Assembly: GCF_000025505.1 (NCBI RefSeq)
Contig: NC_013849.1
Location: 420,001-452,000 of the forward strand
Length of the DNA stretch: 32,000 nucleotides
From: Ferroglobus placidus DSM 10642
GTDB lineage: Archaea; Halobacteriota; Archaeoglobi; Archaeoglobales; Archaeoglobaceae
Direction: 5' to 3'
Shown: in pieces, positions 1-8,665 of the stretch
Position numbering within the stretch: the first letter of the stretch is position 1
Layout: each line of letters starts with the position of its first letter
Translations under genes and position numbers: made by a program
The notes under the pieces: model-generated
The model's input: only the letters and a program-made list of their open reading frames with translations
What the model was told of the DNA's origin: nothing
Database searches by the model: none

Positions 1-1511
1 CAAAAGCAAATCAGCCATCAAGCGCCTACGTGAGCGTATCTAATGGTGTCGTCTCGGCAACAAACCCCATGCCCGTCCCAATAAGCCTGGACAGAATACG
101 GCTCACCGTAAACGGAGAGCCCGTGCCAATACAGGATGCAAATCACAACGGGGTGTGGGAGCCTTTCGAGAAAATCACCTTCGACCTCAATTCAATGCTC
201 AAAAAAGATGTGGCTGTTGTAACGCTTTACATTGACGGGAAGGAGGTTTACAGATCTGTTTATACAAGGCCGACAGCCTTCCCGGAGGACGCACAGTTCC
301 CCGTTATCGATGTGAATGCATCTGCAGGGGGGAAGAAAGGCCTCACCCTGGACATCTCCATCGATGATGATGTTGCAGTTGCCCTTCAGGAAGTTCGGAT
401 AGGTGATGTTAAGGGTGAGAAACTGTACAGCCAGACCGACTTTCTGGAGGAGTACGTGAAGGGGCACAGAGGAGGCAAGTGCAAGCATGAACACGAGGGC
501 AAGAAGTTCAGGAAAGCTGTAGAAAAATACTGGAAAGAAATTGGAGAGAATGGAGAGAAGGGTGAAAAATACTGGAAAGAGGCAGAAGTGAGCGAGAAGT
601 TCTGGAAGGAGGTAAAAAAGTACTGGGATGAGATAGAGAAGGAGCACATTGGAGAGCACTACAAGGTTGAGAAGAAGATCGCTGTTCTGCTTGAAAAACT
701 CATGGGGGCTGTGAAGGAGGGTGGAAAGTCCAGCATACCCTGCGACCTCAAGCATGTCAGCAGCGAGGTCACAATCAACCAAAACCTCTCAGCCGATCAG
801 TACATCAGGATTGTTGCAAAGGATATTACCGGCAAAACCTCCTCAAAAATCCTCTGGCTGCGCGAGCTGGCACCGGAAGTCCACATCATACGTCCAGCAG
901 ACGGGCAGAAGTTCTGGAACAACGAGGACATATCCATTCTCGCCAGAGCTATTGGAGCTGATAGAGTGTACCTGTACGTTGACGGCCGTCTAATACTGAG
1001 TGAGAATGCCGGATCGAGCCCCTACGACTTCGGGAAGAATGTCAGGCTTGATGTCGGAACCCACACGATAAAGGCGAGGGCGGTGAACAATGTGGGGGCA
1101 GGGGAGGATTCTATCACGATAACCGTCATACCGGATAACCCGCCAACTGTCAGAATAACGCAGCCAAAGAATGGACAGACCTTCACAACAACCGGAAATG
1201 CTTACAAGTTAACTGTTACGGCAACAGCCTCAGACGACAGAGGTGTTAGAGAGGTCAGGTTCTACGACAATGGCAGATTCATCGGTAGCGATCTAAGTGC
1301 CCCATACCAGATTACAGCAACCCTTGGACTCGGAACCCACACAATAAAGGCTGTGGCAGTTGACACAGCAGGCCAGACAGCTTCTGACACCGTAATGATT
1401 ACCGTGAAGAAGGTTGGACAGCCTCCAAAGATAGTTCAGGCTTCTGTTCCTGCTATCGGGTGGAGTACCGACTTTAGTGGAGGTACTCCCGTTGTAGGAG
1501 GTGGTAGTTAA
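1..1511 (+). CDS. Surface/secreted protein with Ig-like repeat domains, 5'-partial
   Basis: Frame 3 is open from nt 3 to TAA at 1509-1511, so the gene probably starts upstream of the window; GTG at 30 is only the in-window option. Two Ig-like units carry the signature shared with the next gene (PPTVRITQP.NGQTFTT...ASDDRGVREVRFYDNGRFIGSD...GTHTIKAVAVDTAGQ). A Lys/Glu/Trp-rich insert with four YWKE/FWKE/YWDE repeats lies at about nt 480-700. The stop overlaps the next start (TAATG). Confidence 0.8.
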   Translation, partial: KANQPSSAYVSVSNGVVSATNPMPVPISLDRIRLTVNGEPVPIQDANHNGVWEPFEKITFDLNSMLKKDVAVVTLYIDGKEVYRSVYTRPTAFPEDAQFPVIDVNASAGGKKGLTLDISIDDDVAVALQEVRIGDVKGEKLYSQTDFLEEYVKGHRGGKCKHEHEGKKFRKAVEKYWKEIGENGEKGEKYWKEAEVSEKFWKEVKKYWDEIEKEHIGEHYKVEKKIAVLLEKLMGAVKEGGKSSIPCDLKHVSSEVTINQNLSADQYIRIVAKDITGKTSSKILWLRELAPEVHIIRPADGQKFWNNEDISILARAIGADRVYLYVDGRLILSENAGSSPYDFGKNVRLDVGTHTIKARAVNNVGAGEDSITITVIPDNPPTVRITQPKNGQTFTTTGNAYKLTVTATASDDRGVREVRFYDNGRFIGSDLSAPYQITATLGLGTHTIKAVAVDTAGQTASDTVMITVKKVGQPPKIVQASVPAIGWSTDFSGGTPVVGGGS

Positions 1512-4500
1512 TGAAGCGGGCTGTTTTAGTTTTACTGCTGGCAGCGCTCATGCTCATCGCCCAGCCAGTTAGTGCCTGGGGCGCCCCATCCATCTCACTC
1601 TCACCAACCGGAACTGTAAAGACAACGTCTGTAACATTCACAGCCTCTGCAAGCGATTCAGATGGCGTCAAGTCCATCGCTCTGTACGTTGACGGCCGTT
1701 TGTCGGCCTCGAAGACATACGGAAGCTGTGGATATGAAACGGTGAAGAAGTGCGGATACAAGACTGAGAAGGTCAGAAAATGCGGATGGAAGTATCAGAA
1801 GAGCTGTACACCTGTATTCAAGTGCTGGAGCGAGAGAGAGTGCAAACCAAAAGTGAGTTGCAAGCAGAGTTGGGTGTGTCCTGGTCTGGGATGGCTTGCA
1901 GGGAAATGCTTTGCGCATGCGCCATTGCCTCCATGGTACAGAGGGATCTGCAATGCCTGTGCCAGAGAACAATGTACAAAATCTGAAGATTGCCACAATG
2001 TGAGGAAATGTGGCTGGAAGCAGGAGTGCTACACCAGACCCACTTACAGGTGCTGGTATGAGAATGAGAAGAGGTACACCTGCTGGAATGAGAAAGAGTA
2101 CAGGTGCAACTATCCTCACTCAGCATCTCTCAGCAAAACTGTTAGCCTCAATCCAGGTTATCATTCCGTCAAGGTAGTGGCTGCAGATGCCAAGGGCCAC
2201 ACATCAGCCAGGACTTTCTCTGTAAGTGTGGTTGAGGTCAGACCACCAACAGTCTCCCTCTCACCGCCAGGAGGCACATTCACAACCTCAGGAAGCAGCA
2301 TAACCAGGACGTTCACAGCCACAGCAAAAGACGAGCGCGGTGTGAAATGGATTGCAATGTATTTGGATGGCAGAATGGTGGGATCGAGATACTGCTACTC
2401 ACCAACCTGCAGTCTGAGCAAAGCTCTCACGCTCACAGTTGGAAAGCACACAATCACGGTTAAGGCGAAGAAAGATAGCCTCTGGGGTGCCGAGGCGAGG
2501 AAGGACTGGACTGTTACCGTTATAAAGGATGTTAACGTCAACCTTGAATACGACGCCAAGGTGCCGTATTTCGCCGACAAGCTCCCGGTTAAGATTAACC
2601 TGGCCAATGTGCCTCTGAGAGCTGTAGCGAAGGTAACTGTCGATGGAGAGGAGGTTTTCAGCGGTACCTGCTCTGGCAGCTGCAACCTTGCCGTAAATGT
2701 ACCGCTCAAGGGCCTTGAGAACAGGGTTGGGGCAGCCAAGAGTTACGAGATGAAGATCACGGTGAATGCCGGTAGCATCACGATAACAAAGACCAGGAAG
2801 ATTGAGGTTAAGAGGGGCGAAAGCTTCCTGCCTGGCTCGGAGATCACAATCTACATCAAAGCTAAGAAGGGAATCGGGCGTGTTACAAAGTTTGAGCTCA
2901 CATACGGTGGCAAGAAGTACGATCCGCTGCAGTGGCCAAGCGAGCTGAACGAGTATGCGGACAAGATGGTGGAGGTGCCCTTCAAGATCAGGGTTACGAA
3001 GTCAGATGATGCAACAGTCACAATCTGCAACCTGTATGGCTGTGATGACAAGAAGATGAAGATATTTACAGGTAATGTGGTTGTAGATGCTCCTCCAGCC
3101 GTCAGAATAACGCAGCCAGCAGACGGCAGCACGTTCACAACAACCAGCAACAGCTACAGGTTAACTGTTAAGGCCTCAGCATCAGATGACAGAGGAGTTA
3201 GAGAGGTCAGGTTCTACGACAATGGCAGATTCATCGGCAGCGATCCATCACCGCCGTACGAAGTTACAGCAACCCTTGGACTCGGAACCCACACAATAAA
3301 GGCTGTGGCAGTTGATACTGCTGGGCAGACAAACTCTGACACCGTAATGATTACCGTGAAGAAGGTGGGACCAACACCTACCCCGACACCCACGCCAACT
3401 CCAACACCAGCAGATAACCCACCAACTGTTAAGATAACTTACCCACACGATGGAGATACCTTCACCACGAACAATCTCTTCAGGACGATCAAGGCGACAG
3501 CGAGTGATGACAGAGGAGTTAAAGAGGTTAGGTTCTACATCGATAATGCCTTTGCAGGGAGAGACAGCAGCCCGCCATATGAGATCCAGATACCATTCCA
3601 GCTCATAGGCCTATACGGTAAGCCCGGAAAGCACACAATAAAGGCTGTGGCAGTTGACACGGCAGGCCAGACCGGCGAGGACAGCATAACTGTTACTGTG
3701 GTGAAAGTAGAGCCTACACCTACACCAGATAACCCGCCAACAGTCAAGATAATCTATCCGCACGATGGAGACTCCTTTACGACCTCCAGCAGCACCTACA
3801 GGCTTACAATCCATGCAACCGCTTCAGATGACAAAGGTGTCAAAGAGGTCAGGTTCTACGTCGATGGAGATTACATAGGTGTGGGTGAACCATCGCATTT
3901 CCAGACAACTCCAACTCAGGCGATCACAACCAGCCTTGGAATCGGAACTCACACAATAAAGGCCGTGGCAGTTGACACAGCAGGCCAGACCGGCGAGGAC
4001 AGCATAACTGTTACTGTGAAGAAAGCCACTGACAACCCACCAACAGTCAGGATAACTGATCCACACGATGGATACACAATCACTCTGGCAAATAACGAGA
4101 ACAGCTACTTCCTGAAGGTCACGGCAACCGCTTCAGACGACAAGGGTCTCAAGTCGGTTACCTTCTACCTTGATGGAAAGTATCAGGAAGCTCACAGATG
4201 GAGCTGGCCCTATCCAACCACAAAGACTGTTAAAGCCTCGGTGCAGATCACCAGTACTGGAAAGCACACAATCAAAGCTGTTGCTGTTGACACAACAGGA
4301 CATACTGGCGAGGACAGCATAACAGTGTATGTTAAGAGGGCGGAAGAAACAGATAACCCGCCAACAGTCGAGATAACATATCCACGCAATGGAGACGTCT
4401 TCACGACCTCAGGATACACATACACTCTGACAGTAAGGGTGTCCGCTCATGACGACAAGGGTGTTAAGAAGCTCACATACTACCTTGACGGAACAGCCCT

Positions 4501-6508
4501 GTCGGATACATCCTTCTATCCGTACCCAACTGACAAATCTGACAGATATACAATGACTCTATTAACGGGAAGACACACGATCAGGGTTGTTGCTGTAGAC
4601 ACAGCAGGACAGACAGACTCAGATAGCGTAACCATTACCGTGAAGAAGGCCACTCCTACTCCGACACCGACACCAACTCCAACACCTACACCCACCGTCT
4701 GTGGAGACGGCAAACCTCCATCAGTCCAGATCACCAACCCACGCAATGGTGCGAAGATCTGTACTGATAACGGTGGAAGCACCGCCCGGATTACAATCAG
4801 GGCGCATGCTCAGGATGCTGATGGAATCATGAAGGTTGAGTTCTACAACAATGGAGTCAAGATCGGAGACGGCCAGCCAACAGCAGCAGGTATGTACGAG
4901 ATCACAACAACTCTTGGGGTTGGAACCCACACAATTAAGGCTGTTGCAAGGGACAACTGTGATCAGAGAAGCAGCGATCAGATTACAATAACTGTGGAGA
5001 GGTGCTACTGTGGAGACGGCAAACCTCCATCAGTCCAGATTCTCTATCCAAGTGACGGACAAACGTTTACCACAACTGGAAACAGCATCCGTGTAACAAT
5101 CAAAGTCGACGCGAAAGATCCAGACGGGATCTCTGATGTCAACATCTACGACAACGGAAATAAGCTTGATGCGTACAAATTCTATGACTCCTCCTACGGA
5201 TGGATCTACAAGGCTAGCTCGAACCTCGGTCCCGGAACCCACACAATTAAGGCTGTTGCAACGGACAACTGTGGACAGAGCAGCAGCGATCAGATTACTG
5301 TGAGTGTGCACGTGAGGAAGCCTATATACTACATCAAGCACCTGTTCTTCGACCTAGGGTCTGCCTTCTCCGACAAAGTTATCGTGAGAGAAGACAAGAT
5401 GTTCGTGAATAAGAATAAGGAGGACATCAGCAGAAATGCAGCATACAAGTACAGCGGCTGCATACCGCCGTATCTCTTCCGGGGCTCTACCCTGTACGGT
5501 GCATGGGTGTACGATCCGGATAATCCATATAAAAAGTACTACTTCGTCACTGCAGACAAGTTCACCACACTGGATAGCGGCCTTATAGGCGCGAAGGGCG
5601 GCTTCTGGGATGCGCTTTCCTATGGAGACGTGAAGCCAGGGTTCCGCTACAAGGACCTGAGATCTATCCTCAGCGTGATAAAGAGCCACCTGAAGCCAGG
5701 ATACAAGTGGGATGTTGAGGGATGGGGCGATGAACCGCAGGTTAAGCTCTGGGTAAATAAATTCTCAGTGCCGCCAATCCTTGTTATAGAGCCGATAGAC
5801 ACAATAGGTGTCGTCAAGGCGAGCTACAAGCTCGAAACAAGGTACGGGAAGACTTATGAAAAGACTTTCATTGACTCAAGCAAAGACGATGTAGGTTTGG
5901 TTGGAGTTGGTGCTCCGGGTACGAGAGGTGATCCGAAGTGCGGTTACACCGACGGTATCGATACAGATCTGATTATGGACGGAAAATGGCATCAGCTTGA
6001 TATAACCTTGGAGGACGTCGAGGGCAACGTCAAGACATACCACTATAAGGTCAGATGGGTTGGATCGTGGAGCAACCCAGTTGAGGTCAAGCAATCTACG
6101 GCGGGCGATACTACATCCAAGGTGTGTAGATATGTAACAGAAAACGTCAGAAAGTGCGGTTACAAGACTGAGGAGGTCTGTAGAAATGAGTTCAGGTGCT
6201 GGGATGAGAAGAAGTGTGGATGGCATAAAGAGTGCAGTAAGCCGTGGTGGTGCTTCTGGTGTTCAGAAAAATGCGAGTGGAAGTACAGCTGTAAGACTGA
6301 GAGAAAGTGTGGCTGGAAGCCAGTGTGCCGGAGCGAGAGGAAATACAAGTGCTGGTACGAGCCTGTGAGGAAATACACCTGCTGGACTGAGCCTGTGGAG
6401 AGGTACAAGTGCTGGAATGAAAGGAAGTGTGGCTGGAAGCCAGTGTGCCGGAGCGAGAGAAAATACACCTGCTGGACTGAGCCTGTGAAGAGGTACGTGT
6501 GCAAATAA
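1511..6508 (+). CDS. Giant secreted surface protein (1665 aa) with an Ig-like domain array and two Cys/Trp-rich repeat modules
   Basis: Uninterrupted 4998-nt ORF. N-terminal signal peptide MKRAVLVLLLAALMLIAQPVSAWG. At least nine units carry the G(T/K/R)HTI(K/R/T) ... D(S/T)(I/V)T(I/V)(T/S)V Ig-like signature. PT linkers (PTPTPTPTPTP) lie at about nt 3370-3410 and 4655-4695. Cys/Trp-rich modules lie at about nt 1718-2125 and 6116-6505. A globular region of roughly 300 aa lies at about nt 5340-6110. No C-terminal TM anchor. Confidence 0.9.
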   Translation: MKRAVLVLLLAALMLIAQPVSAWGAPSISLSPTGTVKTTSVTFTASASDSDGVKSIALYVDGRLSASKTYGSCGYETVKKCGYKTEKVRKCGWKYQKSCTPVFKCWSERECKPKVSCKQSWVCPGLGWLAGKCFAHAPLPPWYRGICNACAREQCTKSEDCHNVRKCGWKQECYTRPTYRCWYENEKRYTCWNEKEYRCNYPHSASLSKTVSLNPGYHSVKVVAADAKGHTSARTFSVSVVEVRPPTVSLSPPGGTFTTSGSSITRTFTATAKDERGVKWIAMYLDGRMVGSRYCYSPTCSLSKALTLTVGKHTITVKAKKDSLWGAEARKDWTVTVIKDVNVNLEYDAKVPYFADKLPVKINLANVPLRAVAKVTVDGEEVFSGTCSGSCNLAVNVPLKGLENRVGAAKSYEMKITVNAGSITITKTRKIEVKRGESFLPGSEITIYIKAKKGIGRVTKFELTYGGKKYDPLQWPSELNEYADKMVEVPFKIRVTKSDDATVTICNLYGCDDKKMKIFTGNVVVDAPPAVRITQPADGSTFTTTSNSYRLTVKASASDDRGVREVRFYDNGRFIGSDPSPPYEVTATLGLGTHTIKAVAVDTAGQTNSDTVMITVKKVGPTPTPTPTPTPTPADNPPTVKITYPHDGDTFTTNNLFRTIKATASDDRGVKEVRFYIDNAFAGRDSSPPYEIQIPFQLIGLYGKPGKHTIKAVAVDTAGQTGEDSITVTVVKVEPTPTPDNPPTVKIIYPHDGDSFTTSSSTYRLTIHATASDDKGVKEVRFYVDGDYIGVGEPSHFQTTPTQAITTSLGIGTHTIKAVAVDTAGQTGEDSITVTVKKATDNPPTVRITDPHDGYTITLANNENSYFLKVTATASDDKGLKSVTFYLDGKYQEAHRWSWPYPTTKTVKASVQITSTGKHTIKAVAVDTTGHTGEDSITVYVKRAEETDNPPTVEITYPRNGDVFTTSGYTYTLTVRVSAHDDKGVKKLTYYLDGTALSDTSFYPYPTDKSDRYTMTLLTGRHTIRVVAVDTAGQTDSDSVTITVKKATPTPTPTPTPTPTPTVCGDGKPPSVQITNPRNGAKICTDNGGSTARITIRAHAQDADGIMKVEFYNNGVKIGDGQPTAAGMYEITTTLGVGTHTIKAVARDNCDQRSSDQITITVERCYCGDGKPPSVQILYPSDGQTFTTTGNSIRVTIKVDAKDPDGISDVNIYDNGNKLDAYKFYDSSYGWIYKASSNLGPGTHTIKAVATDNCGQSSSDQITVSVHVRKPIYYIKHLFFDLGSAFSDKVIVREDKMFVNKNKEDISRNAAYKYSGCIPPYLFRGSTLYGAWVYDPDNPYKKYYFVTADKFTTLDSGLIGAKGGFWDALSYGDVKPGFRYKDLRSILSVIKSHLKPGYKWDVEGWGDEPQVKLWVNKFSVPPILVIEPIDTIGVVKASYKLETRYGKTYEKTFIDSSKDDVGLVGVGAPGTRGDPKCGYTDGIDTDLIMDGKWHQLDITLEDVEGNVKTYHYKVRWVGSWSNPVEVKQSTAGDTTSKVCRYVTENVRKCGYKTEEVCRNEFRCWDEKKCGWHKECSKPWWCFWCSEKCEWKYSCKTERKCGWKPVCRSERKYKCWYEPVRKYTCWTEPVERYKCWNERKCGWKPVCRSERKYTCWTEPVKRYVCK

Positions 6509-6616
6509 GGAAGAGCATTATGCAGGAACCACTACTTAACAATCACACTCAGCCCACAGCCCAGTCCCCGAATAGCAGGTATGTACGGGGTTACCTCGAT
6601 CTACAGACCTAAAGGA

Positions 6617-6648
6617 TAAAATAAAAATTTATAAATTTTTTATTTTTA
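6617..6648. terminator. AT-rich inverted repeat between convergent genes (candidate bidirectional terminator)
   Basis: aaaataaaaattt-ata-aaattttttatttt is a near-perfect inverted repeat that gives T-runs on both strands. It lies between the giant plus-strand gene and the minus-strand operon. Confidence 0.4.
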
Positions 6649-6850
6649 TTTGGTGAAAGCGTTTACAGGAGCGCCCCCCCTTTTGATCCCACAGCTGTTC
6701 CAGCTGCACCATTTTCTATGGGCTTTGCCTTTGCACTCAAACTCCTTTGCGAAGTCGACTCCTAACCCTTCAACCAACCGTTTTTTCCCAGACCAATCAT
6801 TTCTTGGCAGATATATCTGACGGAGCTGAAATACCGTAAAGCATATGCAC

Positions 6851-8071
6851 TTATTCAATCTCAACAGAATATATTTCAAAGTCTGGGTTTTTACCGAAGT
6901 TGTCTATTATAATTATCGGTGCCACCCAGGGATCAATTAGCTCTTTCTCAGTCCCGTTGATATTCACACGCAGTACCGTGTATCGGGGGTCATGGTTGAA
7001 TATTTTTCTAAAGTTGAGGTTAAGTCCTTCGGGGTTTATAACCATCTCAGCATGACCATCCTGGGGATTTCTGTGTTTACTGTATCCGAATACATATGCA
7101 TCAAACCCGAGGCTCCTGAGCAAGGCTGTATCGAAGATAGCTGCGTCCTCGCAGACTCCTCCATTAATTATGCTGTTGCCGATGTAGCTCTCAGCCACAA
7201 TTCTTGCAGTGCGAGTCCTGTTGCCCTCATAAACCGGGATTTTTAAGATGTAGGATGCATTAAAGTTGTTTATATTCATATTGTACGGCCCCCTAACACT
7301 TCCCGCCAGCAGGGCAAGGATAAGGGTCTGGGTGCGGTTGTAGTGCAACTCTTCAGCATAGTGCCTAACCTCATCTGCTAGCTTCCTAATTATTCTGGAA
7401 TCCTCTGGCGAAAACCGCATAACACCGTAGTAGAACGGACGGGATAGTACTACCTCCCCCTTGCTGTTAAGCATTGTCAGATTGTCTGGCCGGTTGTTCA
7501 GGTTAGGAGCGGGCTGAATCTTCATAAGGAATCTGTGCAGAGACTCATTTCTTTTCATGTCCAGCGGTATTTCAAACCCCCTGACAACTACTGAAAATTT
7601 GAGTTCCTCACTCTTCTTTATAAAGCACTCCCTCACAGAATACGTGACCGCCGGATACCTGTACACCATTTCCACTTTCGGAACATATGCGGTTACCCTG
7701 TACTTCCCTTCTCCGACCTTTTCTACCACGTGAATAGAGCCGCATACCTGGTCGAGCACTTCTCCCCACTTTACCCTGAGAAACATCAGCCCTAACTTCC
7801 CCTTGTGGTAGAACAGCTCGCCATCCGTGTACCAGTCGTGAGATAGTATGATTTGTGCCCTGTACGGATTGTAGTTTTCAATCACATATTCTCTGCTCGG
7901 CTTCCAGATCTTCTTCTCCCCGAGCCAGTACTGGATGTTCAGCTTCCAGCAGTCGATCACGTCAGAAGGTTGCATTGAGCTGCCCTCCACAACCGGCAGA
8001 AAATAAATGGCTGGAATAACGACGTAAACAAGGATCAGACCGGCCAGGACAGCCTTCTTCCATCTCTCCAT
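6851..8071 (-). CDS. Membrane-anchored transglutaminase-like (Cys-His-Asp fold) protein
   Basis: ATG at 8071 is preceded by GGGGTGA. The alternative GTG at 8104 overlaps the upstream stop (GTGA). N-terminal TM helix AVLAGLILVYVVIPAIYFLPVV. The C-terminal stretch GGVCEDAAIFDTALLRSLGFDAYVFGY...DGHAEMVI resembles the catalytic Cys...His core of transglutaminase-like proteins (recognised from memory, not searched). Confidence 0.7.
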   Translation of the reverse strand: MERWKKAVLAGLILVYVVIPAIYFLPVVEGSSMQPSDVIDCWKLNIQYWLGEKKIWKPSREYVIENYNPYRAQIILSHDWYTDGELFYHKGKLGLMFLRVKWGEVLDQVCGSIHVVEKVGEGKYRVTAYVPKVEMVYRYPAVTYSVRECFIKKSEELKFSVVVRGFEIPLDMKRNESLHRFLMKIQPAPNLNNRPDNLTMLNSKGEVVLSRPFYYGVMRFSPEDSRIIRKLADEVRHYAEELHYNRTQTLILALLAGSVRGPYNMNINNFNASYILKIPVYEGNRTRTARIVAESYIGNSIINGGVCEDAAIFDTALLRSLGFDAYVFGYSKHRNPQDGHAEMVINPEGLNLNFRKIFNHDPRYTVLRVNINGTEKELIDPWVAPIIIIDNFGKNPDFEIYSVEIE

Positions 8072-8100
8072 ACTGTCACCCCTCGCCCTCACATTCGCTT

Positions 8101-8625
8101 TCACAGAACGAGGGCGAGCAGTCTGTGCTTCCCTCCAGCAGCACGCGCAGCATGCTCGATGAGCAAGTTTCTGAGTTTCTCTCTGGAACTTTTGTCGTCA
8201 AACAGTGAATACCTGGTCTCTGTCAGCAGCACTGCAAGCTCCCCGATCTCGTGAATATCTGAGACCTGAAGTACGGATCTGTCAGCAACTTTCTCCATCT
8301 CAATTCCGCTGAGGCAGGAGTCGAATATGAACCTCAGCTCCTCTAACTCTCTGTCCAGAAACTCCACAACACTCTTCAGGTTGCCGCTGTCAAGATCGTG
8401 GAGGATGTCTAAGAGGTAATCGACGGTGTGGTTTGCCTCTACTGGGACCTCTACCTCTGCTGCCTTCCCAGCCTCTTTTACCTCAACATCTGGCTCAGCA
8501 TTCGTTCCCTCCACACACCCATCCGTATGCCTCTGCTCCCACTCTCTCTCCTGCTCCTGCAATCCATCCTCTGCCTTTCCAGCCTTAACACCTGCACATG
8601 CACCGTTCATTTCAACCTCCATCAT
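8101..8625 (-). CDS. Acidic cytoplasmic protein, unknown function
   Basis: ORF 8101-8688. I prefer ATG at 8625, which is preceded by GGAGGGG; the 8688 start would overlap the upstream gene by 23 nt. The N-terminal half is Glu/Asp-rich and the C-terminal half looks helical. The stop overlaps the GTG of the next gene. Confidence 0.6.
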   Translation of the reverse strand: MMEVEMNGACAGVKAGKAEDGLQEQEREWEQRHTDGCVEGTNAEPDVEVKEAGKAAEVEVPVEANHTVDYLLDILHDLDSGNLKSVVEFLDRELEELRFIFDSCLSGIEMEKVADRSVLQVSDIHEIGELAVLLTETRYSLFDDKSSREKLRNLLIEHAARAAGGKHRLLALVL

Positions 8626-8665
8626 CTCAATCCCCTCCAGCAGATGAAGAAAGCTAAAAAAACCA

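Noticed and set aside
1511-6508. Possibility that the Cys-rich modules are multihaem cytochrome or ferredoxin-like motifs.
   Set aside because: No CxxCH motif occurs anywhere in the protein. CxxC occurs only as CNAC(A) and CFWC(S). The Cys spacing does not match Fe-S cluster patterns.
192-6542. Many 60-196-aa ORFs antisense to or out of frame with the two surface-protein genes (e.g. 192-782 minus, 1658-2119 minus, 5354-5689 minus, 6192-6542 minus).
   Set aside because: They lie fully inside long, domain-structured plus-strand ORFs. Their composition is skewed (Ser/Leu/Cys/His-rich) and they lack Shine-Dalgarno sites. They are shadow ORFs of repetitive coding sequence.
6646-6879. 77-aa minus-strand ORF downstream of the transglutaminase-like gene.
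   Set aside because: It has a TTG start inside the 3' end of the neighbouring gene and no Shine-Dalgarno site. It runs into the AT-rich terminator region, and I found no recognisable domain. I left it unannotated.
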